DNA of 64,000 nucleotides from Squalus acanthias. Taxonomy: Eukaryota. Positions 49,377 through 62,763 of the stretch are shown here, piece after piece. The notes under the pieces were generated by a model. That model did not search any database and was not told the origin of the DNA. It saw nothing but the letters and a program-made list of their open reading frames with translations. Location of the stretch: the NCBI GenBank assembly GCA_030390025.1, contig JASTWF010000341.1, forward strand, positions 436,001 to 500,000, read 5' to 3'. Each line of letters starts with the position of its first letter. The stretch's first letter is position 1. The translations under genes were made by a program, and so were the position numbers.

Positions 49377-51533
49377 GTAAGTGTATTATATTATTGGGCC
49401 AAATTTTGCAATAGCAGGGCATCTAATGACGTCTCTGTAAGTTTGACTTGCCCTTGCATGTTTAGGTTTTTAAATTTTTTGCATGGCAAGTTGCTGAAAA
49501 TGCAAGGGAAACAGGCCATCTGGGACCTGAATGAACAGGGCAAACAACTGTGTATCTCCTTAACCAATCAGATTGAAGAATTGTGAAATTAACAGCACAA
49601 GGACTAAGAAACAAGTGTAAATTAGAGTGGGTGAATTCAATGTCAAATCAGGCACAGAAAGAGAAATAAAATAATGAGCGATAGAAAGATTGGATTAAGA
49701 AAGAGAGAAAAAAGAGACAGCAAGGAAAAGGAAAAAAAAGTCTTTATTTTAAATTCAACATTTTTTAATTCTCCAACAATTAAAACCTGAAGGAATGATA
49801 CTCCACACTTGTAATAGTTAATTTTCAGTGTTAGAAAGGTTGATTGGCAACAATTAACACTTATCACATTGTTAAAAGGGTACTTAGACTCGAATGGACG
49901 TCTTAACTTTCTGTGGCACGTTTAGTTCATATCTGCCGCACAAATACAGCAACATCATGCCACTCAATGCATTTCAACAGTGCAGCAGATAACGAGATGC
50001 CGTTTTCACAAAGCTAATGGCGGAGAAAATATGGACCATTTTAAATTAATTTCTTCTAGAATTGTAAGCCATGAGAAATGGAACGCCAGGCAACAAATGC
50101 AAATAAGAATATGAGAAAACATGGAATTGGAAAAGGTCTTTCAGCCGATCAAGCTTTTTCCTCAAGCCATGTACAGTCAACCTTGCCCAGTTAATTTCCT
50201 GAGAGAAAGCTTTGCATAAATACTCCCTGAGTCTCTAGCGTTAATAAGCAAATTTTACATCTCCAAACAATGTTTGGCACCCTAGAAACACAGATACCTT
50301 TATTTTCCTTTGCATTAAGTATTTTATCATCTTAGCCTTAACCTATCTCTCTGACTGCTAATCCTGCCTCCAACCAGATATTTATCCAGCTCCTTTTGAA
50401 GAATTTAATGAACTGCTTTTCCTGAGAATCTGTTCCACATACACGCTATGAGAAAATGTTTCTTCTAATCATTGGTCTCACTTGAGGCTTGTTAATTTTA
50501 AACCTATGTACTCTAGTTCTGAGCTCACAATTTTAGTCTAATTTATGGTTGGAATGCATGGAGTCCATCAGCACCTGGGGGAGGTCTATTGATGTTCTGG
50601 GTGTGGGCACTTCATCAGAACACAGTTCTGGTGGGGGGTTTTGAATTGGGGTACTGGCCTGCCTTTTCCTTTCTAGGATGCTGGTGACCCTGTGTATACT
50701 TCCAGCATTTTCTGTTTTTATTTTGGATTTCCTTCATTTGCAGTTTTTTCCTTTTTTCCTTATATTACTTCTCCTGTCTTTTCACGGCTATTTTCTTGTC
50801 CCTTTTTATGACTTTTAATTTTCCAGATTTTCAAAAGCATCCGTTTGGCCATTCCACACAATGGCCCCGATATTTACGTAGAGGCGCAAACGGCCGTGGA
50901 ACGCGTCACGGTCGGGGCCAGGCTTTGCGGGGGCGGGGGAAGGTCTGGGATCGCAGTTTTTTTCAAAAGTTGGCTCACTGGCTGCGTGGGACCTCTGGAG
51001 CACTGCACAGCCACGCAGCTTAAAGGGAGCATTGGTCCTGACCAAGGAGGGTGATATCATCTGTATAATCCGATGCGGAAAGGAGGTCTGATCGACAGTA
51101 ATGCCAATATTTGCACGAATGCGGTCAAGGTTCCAGTCCATTGCACAACAGAACAGGGTTGGAGCCAGGACGCATCCCTGCCTTACTCCAGATTTGGTGT
51201 AGAACCTCTCCGAGTTACGGTTCCCTCGTCGGACCCATACTCCTGGGTCATTATGTAGATCTTGAATTAGCCTCAATGTCAGGGGCGCTGATGCCTTGTA
51301 AAGCTTTCCATAGGACGTTGCTGTCAACAGAAACAAAGGCTGTCTTGAGGTCTATGTGTGCGACTTCCAGAAGGGTGTTGAATTCTCAATGAATCTCAGA
51401 CAATAGGCAAAGAGCAAATGATGTTCATTGTAGATCGCCCATCGGGGTAACCCGATTTCTCAGGGCGATGGTGTTTCATCAGAAGTGGCTGAAGCTGAGC
51501 AAGTAGGATGTAGGAAAAGACTTTTCCAGGAAC

Positions 51534-54335
51534 ACAACATAGGAACAGGAGTAGGCAATTCAGCCCCTCGAGCCTGTTCCACCATTCAATGAGATCAGGG
51601 CTTATCTGTAACCTAACTCCATAATACCCGCCTTTGCCCATATCCCTTAATACCTTTGGTTAACAGAAATCTATCAATCTCAGATTTAAAATTAACAATT
51701 GTCCCAGCATCAACTGCCGTTTGCAGAAGAGAGTTCCAAACTTCTACCACCCTTTGTGTGTAGAAGTGTTTCCTAACTTCACTCGTGAAAGGTCTGGCTC
51801 TAATTTTTAGACTATGTCCGCTAGTCCTAGATCCTCCGACCAGCGGAAATAGTTTATTTCTATCTACCCTATCGGTTTCCCTTGATAGCTTGAAAACTTC
51901 GATCAAATCACTCCTTAATCTTCTAAATTCCAGGGAATACAACCCTAGTTTGTGTAATTTCTCCACGTAATTTAACCCTTGGACTCAAGGTATCATTCTA
52001 GTAAACCTACGCTGTACTTTCTCCAAGGCCAATATATCCTTCCTATGGTGTGGTGCCCAGAACTGAACACAGTACTCCAGGTGTGGTCTAACCACGGCTT
52101 TAGTATAGCTGCAAGCATGACTTCTAACCCCTTGTATTCTAGTCCTCTAAATGTAAAGGCCAGCATTCCATTAGCCTTTTTGATTATTTTTTTGTACCTG
52201 TCCATGACATTTTAATGATCTATGTACATGGACCCCTAAGTCTCTTTGGACCTCTACTGCTTCTAGCTTTTCACCATTTAGAAAGTACTCTGATCTATCC
52301 TTTTTAGGTCCAAAGTGACCTTACACTTGCCTATATTGAAATCCATTTGCCACAGTTTTGGCCATTCACTTAATCTATTAATATCTCTTTGTAATTTTAT
52401 GCTTCCATCTACAGTGCTTACAATGCCGCCTATCTTTGTGTCATTGGCAAACTTGGATATGTGGCTTTCTATTCCATCATCTAAGTCGATAATAAATATT
52501 GTGAATAGTTGAGGCCCCAACACAGATCCCTGTGGGATGCCACTAGTCACATCCTGAAGGGATTATTACTAGTCCTAGCCCCTTTAGGGCTACCCCAGAT
52601 CAGGCGTATTCCCCAGACGTTCACTTTCAACTAAAGTTTGAGGTAGCCGAATCCTAAAGACGCTTAATTGGGTCTAAAGGTCCGGACCATCTCTCCCTAA
52701 AGGAAAGGAACAACCTGAAGATGTTACCGTCCTCCAGATAGCACTTTTAATAAGTTTAGCTAGACTGTAACCTTCCGGATATTATGAGGGTCCGGAAAAC
52801 TCAGCCAGAATTCTGCAACTCCTCACCAAAGAGTGCACAGAGATTGAGTTCGCGAGTTTGATACAGAAGTATTATATGAGACAATTCTAAAAATATATAG
52901 ATTTATTAAAGAACTGACATGTAATTTACAGTTGGTGATTCAATCGCAACATTAACAGTTCTAAAAAGAGAAAGCTTACAATTCTTTTATCAGAGATCCT
53001 TATTCTCAAATCTTAACTTCGCTACAGTTTTACAGTTCTTAAAGTTTATTCAGGATATCCACCAAAATCAATTACAGTACCGTTGATCCCCGAGATACAA
53101 AGAGTTGTAGACTTACAGAGCCTGCCTCTGAAGCCGAGAATCGCTTTGCCCCTTTACAGCGAGACTAGTATCCTATTTGAGAGTTCAATATTTATACCCT
53201 TTTCCAGTGGTATTCCTTTTAAGGTTTTCTGCTGATGTAAGCTAATTATCTCTAGTCATTTTTCTGCTGACCCCTGCAATTCTTACTCATCTCAGCTGGT
53301 AGCATTAAGAATCGTGTCTCTACCCTAGATGTTCGAAGCTTACCGTAAAAACGGTGTGACAGCAGGTGTTTCTATTTGATGTCATTTTTACTAAGGCCTT
53401 CTGTTTGTGCTCTTGCAATTAGAACACCTTAACTAGGGTGATCTATGCAATTCTTAGTCACCTCAGCTGGTTGTAACACAGAATCATGTCTCCTGTGTAG
53501 GTGTCTTAAGCTTAACACAAAAACGGTGTGACGGCAGGTGTTTCTTTTACTTGATGTCATTTTTACGAAGGCATATGTTTCTTAATTTTATGTGCCTGGT
53601 TACGAAGTGTAACTTAGAACACCTTAACCAGGATGCACCATTGTCTTCTTTCCAAAGATTTAGACCGTCAGGAGCCTCCAACCTTCTGTTTCAATAAGGT
53701 TATTGATTCAGTGTCACCAATTATCTTATCTCAATAACCTGTATGCTGTTACAGCTTTAGATTGTTGAGGCTTCCAGATTTCCAAACCCAGTTTGTCATG
53801 TTTTAATAAGGCCAGAATTCTTTCATAGAATGGTGTATTTTTCTGAATAGGTTATATGGCTTATTCCTTCACAATCCTGCCAATTAGTGTACCTGCCCGT
53901 TATCCCTTCTCTCTGTCTCCTGCCGCTCAGCCAATCTCTTAATCAGGTCAGTAATTTGACCTCAATTCCATGGGCTTCAACTTTAGCTAACAGTCTCTTA
54001 TGAGGGACTTTATTGAATGCCTTCTGGAAGTCCATATAAATAACATCCATAGACATTCCCCTGTCCACTACTTTAGTCACCTCTTCAAAAAATTCAATCA
54101 GGTTCATCAGGCGTGACCTACCCTTTATAAATCCATGCTGGCTCTTTCTGATCAGCTAAAAAAAATTTAAGGTGTTCAGTCACTCCATCCTTAATTATAA
54201 ACTCTAGTAATTTCCCGACAACAGATGTTAGGCTGTGGCTGGTTTTTTTTGGCAAGTAGAGCTCTTGCCCCTTAGGGGTATAAACTGGTTCTGTATCACA
54301 TTAAATTCTTTTTTGAACACCTCCCACTGATCTTC
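51534..54335 (-). mobile_element. CR1 LINE fragment split by a solo LTR
   Basis: LYSLEFRRLRSDLIEVFK, TSGIPQGSVLGPQLF...SKFANDTK, YMDFQKAFNKVPH; tail ...cctactcctgttcctatgtt. Confidence 0.9.
52555..53873 (-). mobile_element. Solo LTR (1319 bp) of an ERV or LTR retrotransposon
   Basis: TG...CA ends with short inverted termini (TGTGAAGGAAT...ATCCCTTCA on -); 4-bp TSD ATCC (52551-52554, 53874-53877); TATAAA at 53191-53196 and AATAAA at 52902-52907 on -; tandem U3 repeat. Confidence 0.9.
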
Positions 54336-56969
54336 TGAAAGGAGAGTTATTGGTCTATAGCTGCCATACTGTGCGTGGGCCTTTCATTTATAGAGGAAAA
54401 TAATGTTCCCTTCCATCTACTCTACGGGCACTTTCCCAGTAGTCCAAACCCTTACAAAATTGATGTAGTGCTGAGCTTGTGGTCTTAAGAGCTGAGCAGA
54501 CCTCTTCTATCGTGGGTATATCAACAGAGGTCTCGGAAGCAGGTATTCCATCTGCAGCTAATGAGTTCAGGTTTGAGCATGGTGTTTTGGGGCGTGCATA
54601 TTCATATAGTTTCTTTCCAACTTTGCAGGATTTTTTCTTGAGTTGAGCATGTGCTGCCATCAGCCTTGTTTATATGCGTTAACCCAGTGTGGTGTTCAGT
54701 TGTTGGTCGGAGTGATTAAATAGCTTTATATGTAGGTTGTAAGTTATTAGTCCTGATTCCTTCTGCCTGATTTTCAAGGTTGTCTCAAAGTAGACTTCCA
54801 GGTCCCTTTTACTTTTTGCTTCGGTGTCATTGTGGTGCTGCTTGGCTTTGGATTTCTTTTGTAGGATTTGGTATGTCTCATCAGATGGCCAAGGACATCG
54901 CCTGTGGCATTTTGGTCCTTTGACGATGTCTGAGGCTTCTCAGATAGCTGTACTTATGGTCGTCCGGGCTGATTCTACGTCATCCGGTAGAATGCCAAGT
55001 GTATCAAACTTATTTGGCACTGTGACAGAGGACTTGTTGGCAAGTTCTGAATTCTTGCAGGCATATGAGTCATATGTCATATAAGGTACACTCCTATGTT
55101 GAATTGTTATTTTTGCAATGAGGAGATGGTGATCAGTATTGGTTGGTGCTTCTGTACCTCTATAAACCTAGTATGATTTAACTATGCTGCGATTCTGGAC
55201 CAATATTTTGTGCAGCACCTGGAGGTCACGACGTCTGAACCAACTACCTGCGATAATGATGTTATATGATGCACAGAAGGCGAAGAGTCTCAGCGAATTA
55301 TTGTTCATTGTTCCGGCGCCAAATGGGCCAAGAATAGTTTTGAAGCCACTTCTGAGGCAGCCTGGTGTGGCAGTCAGGTCTCCAAGTATGATAAGTTCAT
55401 CATGCAGTGGAATTGATTGTATCAACACTATTAACTGCTGATAGAATTCATCTTGGTGGTGTCTGTGGCTTCCTCAAAGGGTCCATAAGCCACAATAATG
55501 GACATCTGTCCATGATGGTGCAGCAGTCTGGCATATAAAAGATGATCAGAAATAGGATGCCACATTGTCAGAGATGTATCGAAGAAGGGCCGAAGAATGA
55601 GTGCTGTTCCATTCGTGTGCCCGGTTCCTCCGGAATACAGCAGACCCACATCCTCCACAAAATGATGACAATTATTCGCAGGTTTCGCCTCAGTTATTCA
55701 CTCTTTAATTCATCGACTAATGATACCAACTACCTGACCCTGAACGTTCCACGTGGCGAATCTGGTAGCTCTTCTCAGGTTGGTCCTGGGCGTCACAGGT
55801 CATAACCTTATCAAAAGGAACTTTGGGTAACGTTAGTCATAAGCACGTGTGCACCATCACATGCCAACCTTTGATGCCGGCAGGGGCTTTAACCTTGCTG
55901 CCATTTGTAGTGTGGCTCATGTTTCCTTAGAATCGAGGAGACATAGAGGGATGATTTTGTGGGAACATCATCACTGTTCCCATAAATTCTAATGCCCATA
56001 GTTTTTGATTTCTTAACTCATATCTCATCTGCCTTCACCATCATTGGGGAACATTTTATTCTTTGGCTGGGTGCGTCAATGGCCTTCACACATAACCCTG
56101 AGCAGGGGCCCTTATCGGGAGCAACCCACCAGAGCCAATCGAACCCGAGACTCGTAAGGGCAAAGGCGACCACTCCCTGAAATAATGCGACAGGAGCTGC
56201 ACTACTTGCTACACAAATTTAAATAGCCTAGACCTCAAATTTATGGCGTTGGGGAAGTTTGATGCTAATCGCGCCTCTCCCCCCACCCCTGCCCGAAACT
56301 CGCTTCCAGTTAAGATCCCACTCTGTGGTCTCCCATGGACTACTGTGTGCAATACTTATTATCATAATTTAAAAGGGACACAGATGTATTGGAAAGGTTG
56401 TACTGAAGAACAACAAGAATGATCCCAAGATGAGCTAAGGAGACAGATTAAAGAAGCTTAAACCATTCACTCTAGTTATTAAATGGTATCGATAAGGTGA
56501 ACCCAGAATCTTGCTTTAACGTTAGTCAAGCCCCTAGTGAAAAGTTAATTTAGAATAGATCTTAAAATAAATTATTTTATCAAAGGGTGATATACTGCAA
56601 GTTGTATCAAAGACATTAGGAGAGTTTGAGATGATTTGGATGCTAGGTTGGGTGAGTTGCAATACGAAATGGATGAGATGGGACAAATGGCTTCTCTCGC
56701 CCTTTACTTTTCTTATGTTCTTACCCAAAATGTTAACCTGTACTTTGGTGCTGATGGACTTGCTGTGCACTTCCAGCACTTTTTGTTTTTATTTCAAATT
56801 TCTAGCATTTGCAATGTTTTTCTTTTCAGAACTCTTAGATTGGTATCTGCCATTGAAACTCAATAAGATACAGTAATTTAACCTGAGTGCTGAAAACACA
56901 GTTGTGAATTTAATTACGTCAGTCATTGTTGGTTTCACACCTAGTTTTTTGTGTTTTGTTAACTTGCAG

Positions 56970-57071
56970 CTAACAACAGCAGCAGTTGGATTTGACGTTC
57001 AAGCCCCTTATGTTATAAGCAAGCCATGTGAGGCGAAAATTGCTACAACAGAGCCTGAACCAATTAGTCAG
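56970..57071 (+). CDS. RPGRIP1L: Probable RPGRIP1L linker exon (LTTAAVGFDVQAPYVISKPCEAKIATTEPEPISQ)
   Basis: Polypyrimidine tract plus ttgcag acceptor, CAG|gtatgt donor, 102 bp, phase 0 to 0, open frame; peptide poorly conserved, as expected for the linker. Confidence 0.65.
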
Positions 57072-57603
57072 GTATGTGAAAAGAAATGTTATTAAAACTG
57101 GGTGGAGTTCTGTACGTTCTTCCACCTCAATATGTAGCCTGTCATCAGTAGGGTAAAATCATCTGGGGTTACTTCCCTTTTGTACTGTACCAATATGTGA
57201 ACCAGCCCTTTCCTCGTCTGACCGTCGTTGGATATCCAAGTTGCCCGATGGATGGCTGTGATGGACTGTGCCAACCGTCCTGGGTAGGGATTGCAACAGA
57301 GGAAAAACATTTACAGTGCCTTTTCATGACATTTTTTTTCACTCTGCAGGGGGCAATCTCAAAAAAATCGAGGGCTTAAATAGCTTTACAAACACTTGCT
57401 TCTAAAAATTTGCATAAAGTTCACTTCCTGAAGTTGGTCTAAGTAGCCCAGGGCTCAAAGTTGTGCAAGCTCCTGTTATTTTTAGCTGTCTCATAACCTT
57501 TTTTAAAAACATAAAGCTTTATTCCTTCAACTTTTCAGTAACACAATGGGAAGTCTTCATGGGTTGCTTGTACCAATAGAGCACATTTTCAGGAAGGTAC
57601 CAA

Positions 57604-58304
57604 GGACTAGAAATTGGTTCAGGCCCATTTTCGGGCCTCAAATAGATGACATGCTCAGAGTGCACCAGAAGCTGGAGACCTGTCCAAAATTGGGCCTTGA
57701 GCCTCATCAGCAAAATTCTGGTGAGCTGCGGACACCAATTGGGCATCCAGTAGCAGCTCACAGGTTGGCTCCTGACCAGTTTGGGTGGCTGCATCCCTGA
57801 CAACGGCCATCAGGTAGGTCCTGGGAGGGGGAAGAAGAGAACAGATGGGGTGGGGGGGTGGGCAACGTGGGCTGGCAGCGGGCCTAAGGAGTGCTGTAGA
57901 GCCAGGAGGAGCACTACTGCTCCTACTGGCTCCACATGAAGGTAAGTTTAAAAAGAAGAAACTGTCCATTTCGTTGCCAGCCTCCAGCAGTTCCTTTAAG
58001 GACCTTTGGTTGAGCTGCGGCAAGAATAAGAAAACCTGAGTGAAGCATGCCAGGCACATGCCGGTCCTGCCGAATTTCCGAGAGGGGTCCTTCAATAGGC
58101 ATTAAGCCCCTCATTATCATATACAAGGGACCTAACCCCTGTTTTGGGCATCCTCCAGGAATGCCTGAATATTTTCTGAGTGAAAATGGCATTGGGCATA
58201 TTTCAGGTGCCTTTGGAGCACCGAACATAGCCCCACAAAATTGGACCTTTCTGCCCCCATTTGGCATCTGAAAAACAGGAGCAACATGGTCCAATTTCTC
58301 CCCC
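57604..58304. mobile_element. Harbinger-type MITE (subfamily B-like TIR)
   Basis: TIRs GGACTAGAAATTGG / CCAATTTCTCCCCC; 3-bp TSD CAA (57601-57603, 58305-58307); 3' end similar to the MITE at 829-1042. Confidence 0.8.
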
Positions 58305-58817
58305 CAAGAGAGTTTTCTTCCATGTAGTAGCAATTTTTATATGGACCTAGGTCTAATGTATCTACCAGAGGAAATTTTCTTTGGCATTTGGAAACAACTG
58401 TCATCTTACAAGTCAGACCACTAAATCACAGCCAGTACTTCAAGCCCTGAAATTGGAGTCAATGGCATATTTATAGTGCCAAACTCTTCGCAATATTCCT
58501 GCAACTGAGCCTCTTGGCAGAGTGTTTTCCCAGATGCTGTCAACTTATGGATGGCGTCAACAGATTCTGCCTCCACAGAAGGTACACAGTGGTAATTGTA
58601 TAGTGGTATCTCACTAAAAGAGCCACCATCCTGTTTAATTCTCACAACAGATTTCTTCCTTTGTGACTGATGACCATACCTCGATGTCTGGTGATCACAG
58701 GCATGATGGGCTGAATAGCCTGCTTCTGAGCTGTACGATTTTATAGCCAATGGGCACAGGCCATATGGCCATATCAATAATTTCAGTGCCATGTCAATGG
58801 AGTAGAATTAAGAGCAA

Positions 58818-58989
58818 ACTACTCATGTGGAGAAAGAAAGGTAGGGTTAACCTTTCATCGGAACAGATGAGAGGTCATCGGCCTGAAATGTTAACCCTAC
58901 ATTTCTCTCTCATGACTTGCTGAGTGCTTCCAGCATTTTCTGTTTTTTATTTCAGATTTCCGGCATCAGCAGTATTTTGCTTTTTGTAA
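58818..58989 (+). mobile_element. Penelope-type short palindromic insertion with degenerate hammerhead core
   Basis: 12-bp TSD AATTAAGAGCAA (58806-58817, 58990-59001); inverted arms GTAGGGTTAAC / GTTAACCCTAC; CAGATGA-stem-GAAA at 58864-58888. Confidence 0.65.
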
Positions 58990-59654
58990 AATTAAGAGCA
59001 ATCTGTTTAATATTATGACCGCTCTTGCCACTGATCTAAGTCCAGTCACCCTCCTTACTCTACAAGGACACTGTAGATATTGGATGCAGGGGTACAAGAG
59101 GTAGATGTTGATCCTATTAGTTCAGCACCTAGTAAGAATTCTGAAGAAATATGGGGGAAGAAATTGGGCTCTGTATAGCCCGTTTTTTAGGCAACATGTG
59201 GCCTCCTAACGCTCGAAAATAGCGTACGAGCTATGCAGACACACTTCCGATGGGAAGTATGCCGGAAGCCATCTTGGTAAAGGAGGTTGCGCGCACGCAC
59301 ACCTAACGAGAGCAGGCAGATTATGATGTCAATCAGTGCGCAACGTTGATTTGACACCACTCTGCCATTTTCGAACGCCATGCTCCTACCTATGCCCTGT
59401 CTTAACCTCGCACAGCTGAACACGACGTTAAATGGCATGAAGGACCCCCCACCAGCGCTACTTAAAGGGATCATGAACTACTTACAGGTTAGTTGCTGGA
59501 TTATTTCTTCTGGCTGCTGGTGCAATTGTGCGTGTTTCTGGAGCTTTCCTATACTTGCCTAAAGTTTCAGTAGTCTACAGGGTGTGGTCCAGCTGGTGCT
59601 GAAGTATTTTTTTCTTCATTTAAAAGCTTGTGCTGAAACAAGTTGTTTCCAGAC

Positions 59655-60791
59655 ATGGGTGGCCTGGTAGGTCTTCCTCTTGGAATTGAACATGACTGGG
59701 AGAATGAAGAGAGGCCACGCAGAGCAGGACAAGCTGCTAGAAGAGGGAGGAGGAGGAGGGGGAGAAGGGCTCTCAGCAGGAGGCCATATCCACCAAGGAT
59801 CTTTAGGGAGCAATTCTCTTACCTCAACTTCAGTGAGGACCAATGCTTGAGACGTCTTCGCTTCACTAAAGAGGCGAGACTGAAGTCTGCCAACTGCTGC
59901 AGCCACAACTGCAACTGCAAAGCAAGGCAAGGACCGCATTGCCTGTGGCTGTCAAGATGACCGTGGCTCTTTTATGCATCTGGCTCCTTCCAGGCTACTG
60001 TTGGAGATATAAGCAACATCTCGCAGTTTACAGTACACCGCTGCATAAGGGAGGTCACTGACGCTCTCTATACACTGAGAGACAGCTTCATCTTATTCCC
60101 TCTTGCCAGAGACAAGCAGGCGGACCGAGCACAAGGGCTTGCACAGATTGTAGGCTTCTCCATGGTGCAGCATGTACATTGCCTTGCGTGCACCTCATGT
60201 GAACTCGGCCATTTCCATGAACCGAAAGGGATTCCACTCCGTCAATGTGCAGCTGGTGTAGCACATCATGCCGGTCAATGTCCGTTATCCTGGCAGTAGT
60301 CATGATTTCTTCATTCTGCAGTTTGAACCGCCACGGCAAGTCAAAGGCTGGCTACTGGGCGACAAGGGTTATCCACCCATGACATGGCTTATGATTCCTG
60401 TTCACAACCCATGCACATGTGCACAGCAGGCATACAATGAAAGCCATGCTGCCAAAAGGAACATTATAAAGCATACCATCGGCGTCCTCAAGCAGCGCTT
60501 CCGCTGCCTGGACCGCTCTGGAGGAGCCCTGCAGTACTCAGCAAGTGGGTATCAAGGTTCATGGTAGTATGCTGCATGCTGCACAACCTCGCCATTATGA
60601 GGGAACAGCCCTTGCAACCATCTATCAGGCGAGAAGCTGAGGAGCAAGAGCACAAGGAAGAGGAGGAAGATGAGCAGGACGAGGAAGTGTAGGAGTAGAA
60701 AGTGAAGAACAGGAAGAGGAGGCTACAACATAGACAGCCCCTTTCTGCCCGGGCTCTACGTGATCAAATAATTAATGAGCGATACCAGTAA
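59655..60791 (+). pseudogene. Harbinger (HARBI1-like) transposase pseudogene
   Basis: MGGLVGLPLG...[68 protein letters not shown]...GVLKQRFRCLDRSGGALQY; acidic tail; multiple deletions. Confidence 0.92.
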
Positions 60792-60954
60792 CCTCAACCA
60801 CACCTCCCCATTCACCAACAGTCCCACACTCCTTACATTTTCTCTAACACTGACCATCACATCGTCCTCTTTCCGACAACACAAACCACCAGAAAATGCA
60901 CATTCCAATCCAAATTTATAAATTCAACCATGACATAATGCATACAACAGTAAA

Positions 60955-62763
60955 CTAATCACCCTTGTGCTTTCCCTTACTGCCTGTCTTCCCTGTGTCT
61001 TTGCCTCTCCTAGTTCTCATATGAGGTGCTTCCCCAGTGGCTGCAGCATGGGTGGTAGATGGCTGCTGACCGCCAATTGAGGAGACTACAGATGGCCTTG
61101 GAGGGCGAACTCCAGCAGCTCCAGGCCTAGAAGGCCCGGCTTCAGATGGCACGATTTTGGCCTGGGCTACAGCAGTCTGGGCTGGCTGGCTGACAGGCAG
61201 GAGTGGGAGCAGGAATGCTGTCATCCTGAGAGAGGACGGCAGGTTCGTGCTCCACGGAGCCACTGCCACTCTCCCGGGGCGGTGCCTCAACAATCCTACT
61301 GATCTGTTGGAGAACAGGTTGATGGACTACTGTGACGCCCTGGAAGCCTCTTTGAACAGTGGTATCTAGAGCCACGATGGCAGCAGCCTGAGCTTCCAAG
61401 GCAGTAGTGAGACCTTTGTGCTGCAGTGGAAGCTGTGTCATTGGCCATCAAACATTGCATCATGGTGGGTTCCACAGGTGTGCTGATGGAGGTGACCACC
61501 CGTTCCATGTTGGAAAAGATTGGCTGCAAGGTCTGCGCAAAGCCCTGTGCCAAGTTAGTGCTGGACTCCTCCATGCTCCTTGACATTGTGCGCAGGCTTT
61601 CTGGCAGGTTTTCCAGTGCACCAAGTATTTGGTTATGGACACCCATCAGCCTTCTTCTGTAGCCTGGCCCATCAAAGTTCTCATCTGAGTCCTCTGCAGC
61701 AGAACTAGTGTGTGACCTCGCCCCCCGGCGAGCTGGCATCTACACTATCCTTCCCTCCTGCCCTGGTTCCTGAGCACTTGTGCCCAATGTCTCACCACAT
61801 GCAGATCCCTTCTCTATCCTAACCTCTAGAATACACGCAGTGTCGCTATCTGAGCTGGTGGCTGCAATGTCTGTTCATCTTCACTGTCTTCTTTTTCCTG
61901 CACTAACTGGGATGGTTCCAGTTCTTGGGTATCTGAAATGAAAATGGGACAAGGGTTGGGTTGTGGTGAGGGGAGAGGAGAAAGTAAGAGGTGCGTGCTT
62001 ACACCATCTGCTGCTTCTAAATCAGAAGAGATTGAGGGATGAGGGAGAAGAGGGTTGAGAGAAGGAGGATTAGGTATTCAGGTACCCTCATCATCGATCA
62101 CTTCAGCCCCGCCAGTGACCACAGCCTCAGCGATGCCCCTTCCCATGATGACCAGCACTGTCTCCATGGGGTTAAAACATGCAGGTGCGCTTGTACTCCT
62201 CCAGTTCTTTGCTGCTGCCTGCTGTTATGCGCCACCTTCTCCTGCAAGAAAGAGGGAAATGTGTTAGTGAGTGTCCTGAAATATGTTTTGGTGATGTGGC
62301 TGTCATGGTTGAATAGCTGCCAGTGTGCAACCTGCGAGTTGTGGGTGCAAGGCTTGCAACAGTGCTAAGTGTATGAGGGTGAGGTAAAGTATATGAATTG
62401 AAGGGTTGAGTATTGATTGATAGAGAATGTTGGTAGGTAGGTGCTGGGGGTGTCGTGAATTGAGCAGTGGATGAGGCTAGTGGTGCAGTTTCTAGGATAT
62501 GCCATTTGAAGATGAACTCACTGACTTTGACAACTCATTTGAGATCATTAAACTTCTTCCTGCACTCCATCCATGTTCTTGGAGCAACGCTCCCGGCATT
62601 GACCTCCGCCGCTACTTCTTCCCACTGCCTCCTAGGCATCTGTCTGGAGGGCCTCCTGCTCCCCTGCGGATACAGGACATCTCCTTCATTCCACCTCTTC
62701 CACCAAGACCTCCAGTACAGTGTCTGAAAACCTTGGTACACGCTCTCTCACGTGTTCAACCAT
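60955..62763 (-). pseudogene. Harbinger Myb/SANT gene pseudogene (spliced)
   Basis: MVEHVRERVPRFSDTVLEVLVEEVE*...QWEEVAAEVNAGSVAPRTWMECRKKFNDL; exon 2 EKVAHN; last exon MEESSTNL...ATGEAPHMRTRRGK. Confidence 0.85.

Larger units (their letters stand above)
50815..56180 (-). mobile_element. Old RTE-clade LINE (pieces about 50815-51533 and 54336-56180) split by CR1
   Basis: RFATWNVQG, LLYSGG, IIVAYGP, LIILGDL endonuclease motifs; YRPITLLS|VPGKVF split by the insertion; SGVRQGCVLAPTLF RT motif; outer boundaries approximate. Confidence 0.82.

Noticed and set aside
58421..58792. 123-aa minus-strand ORF
   Set aside because: The plus strand looks like heavily decayed LINE RT (AKLF/QYSCN) plus a CR1 tail; the ORF is probably incidental
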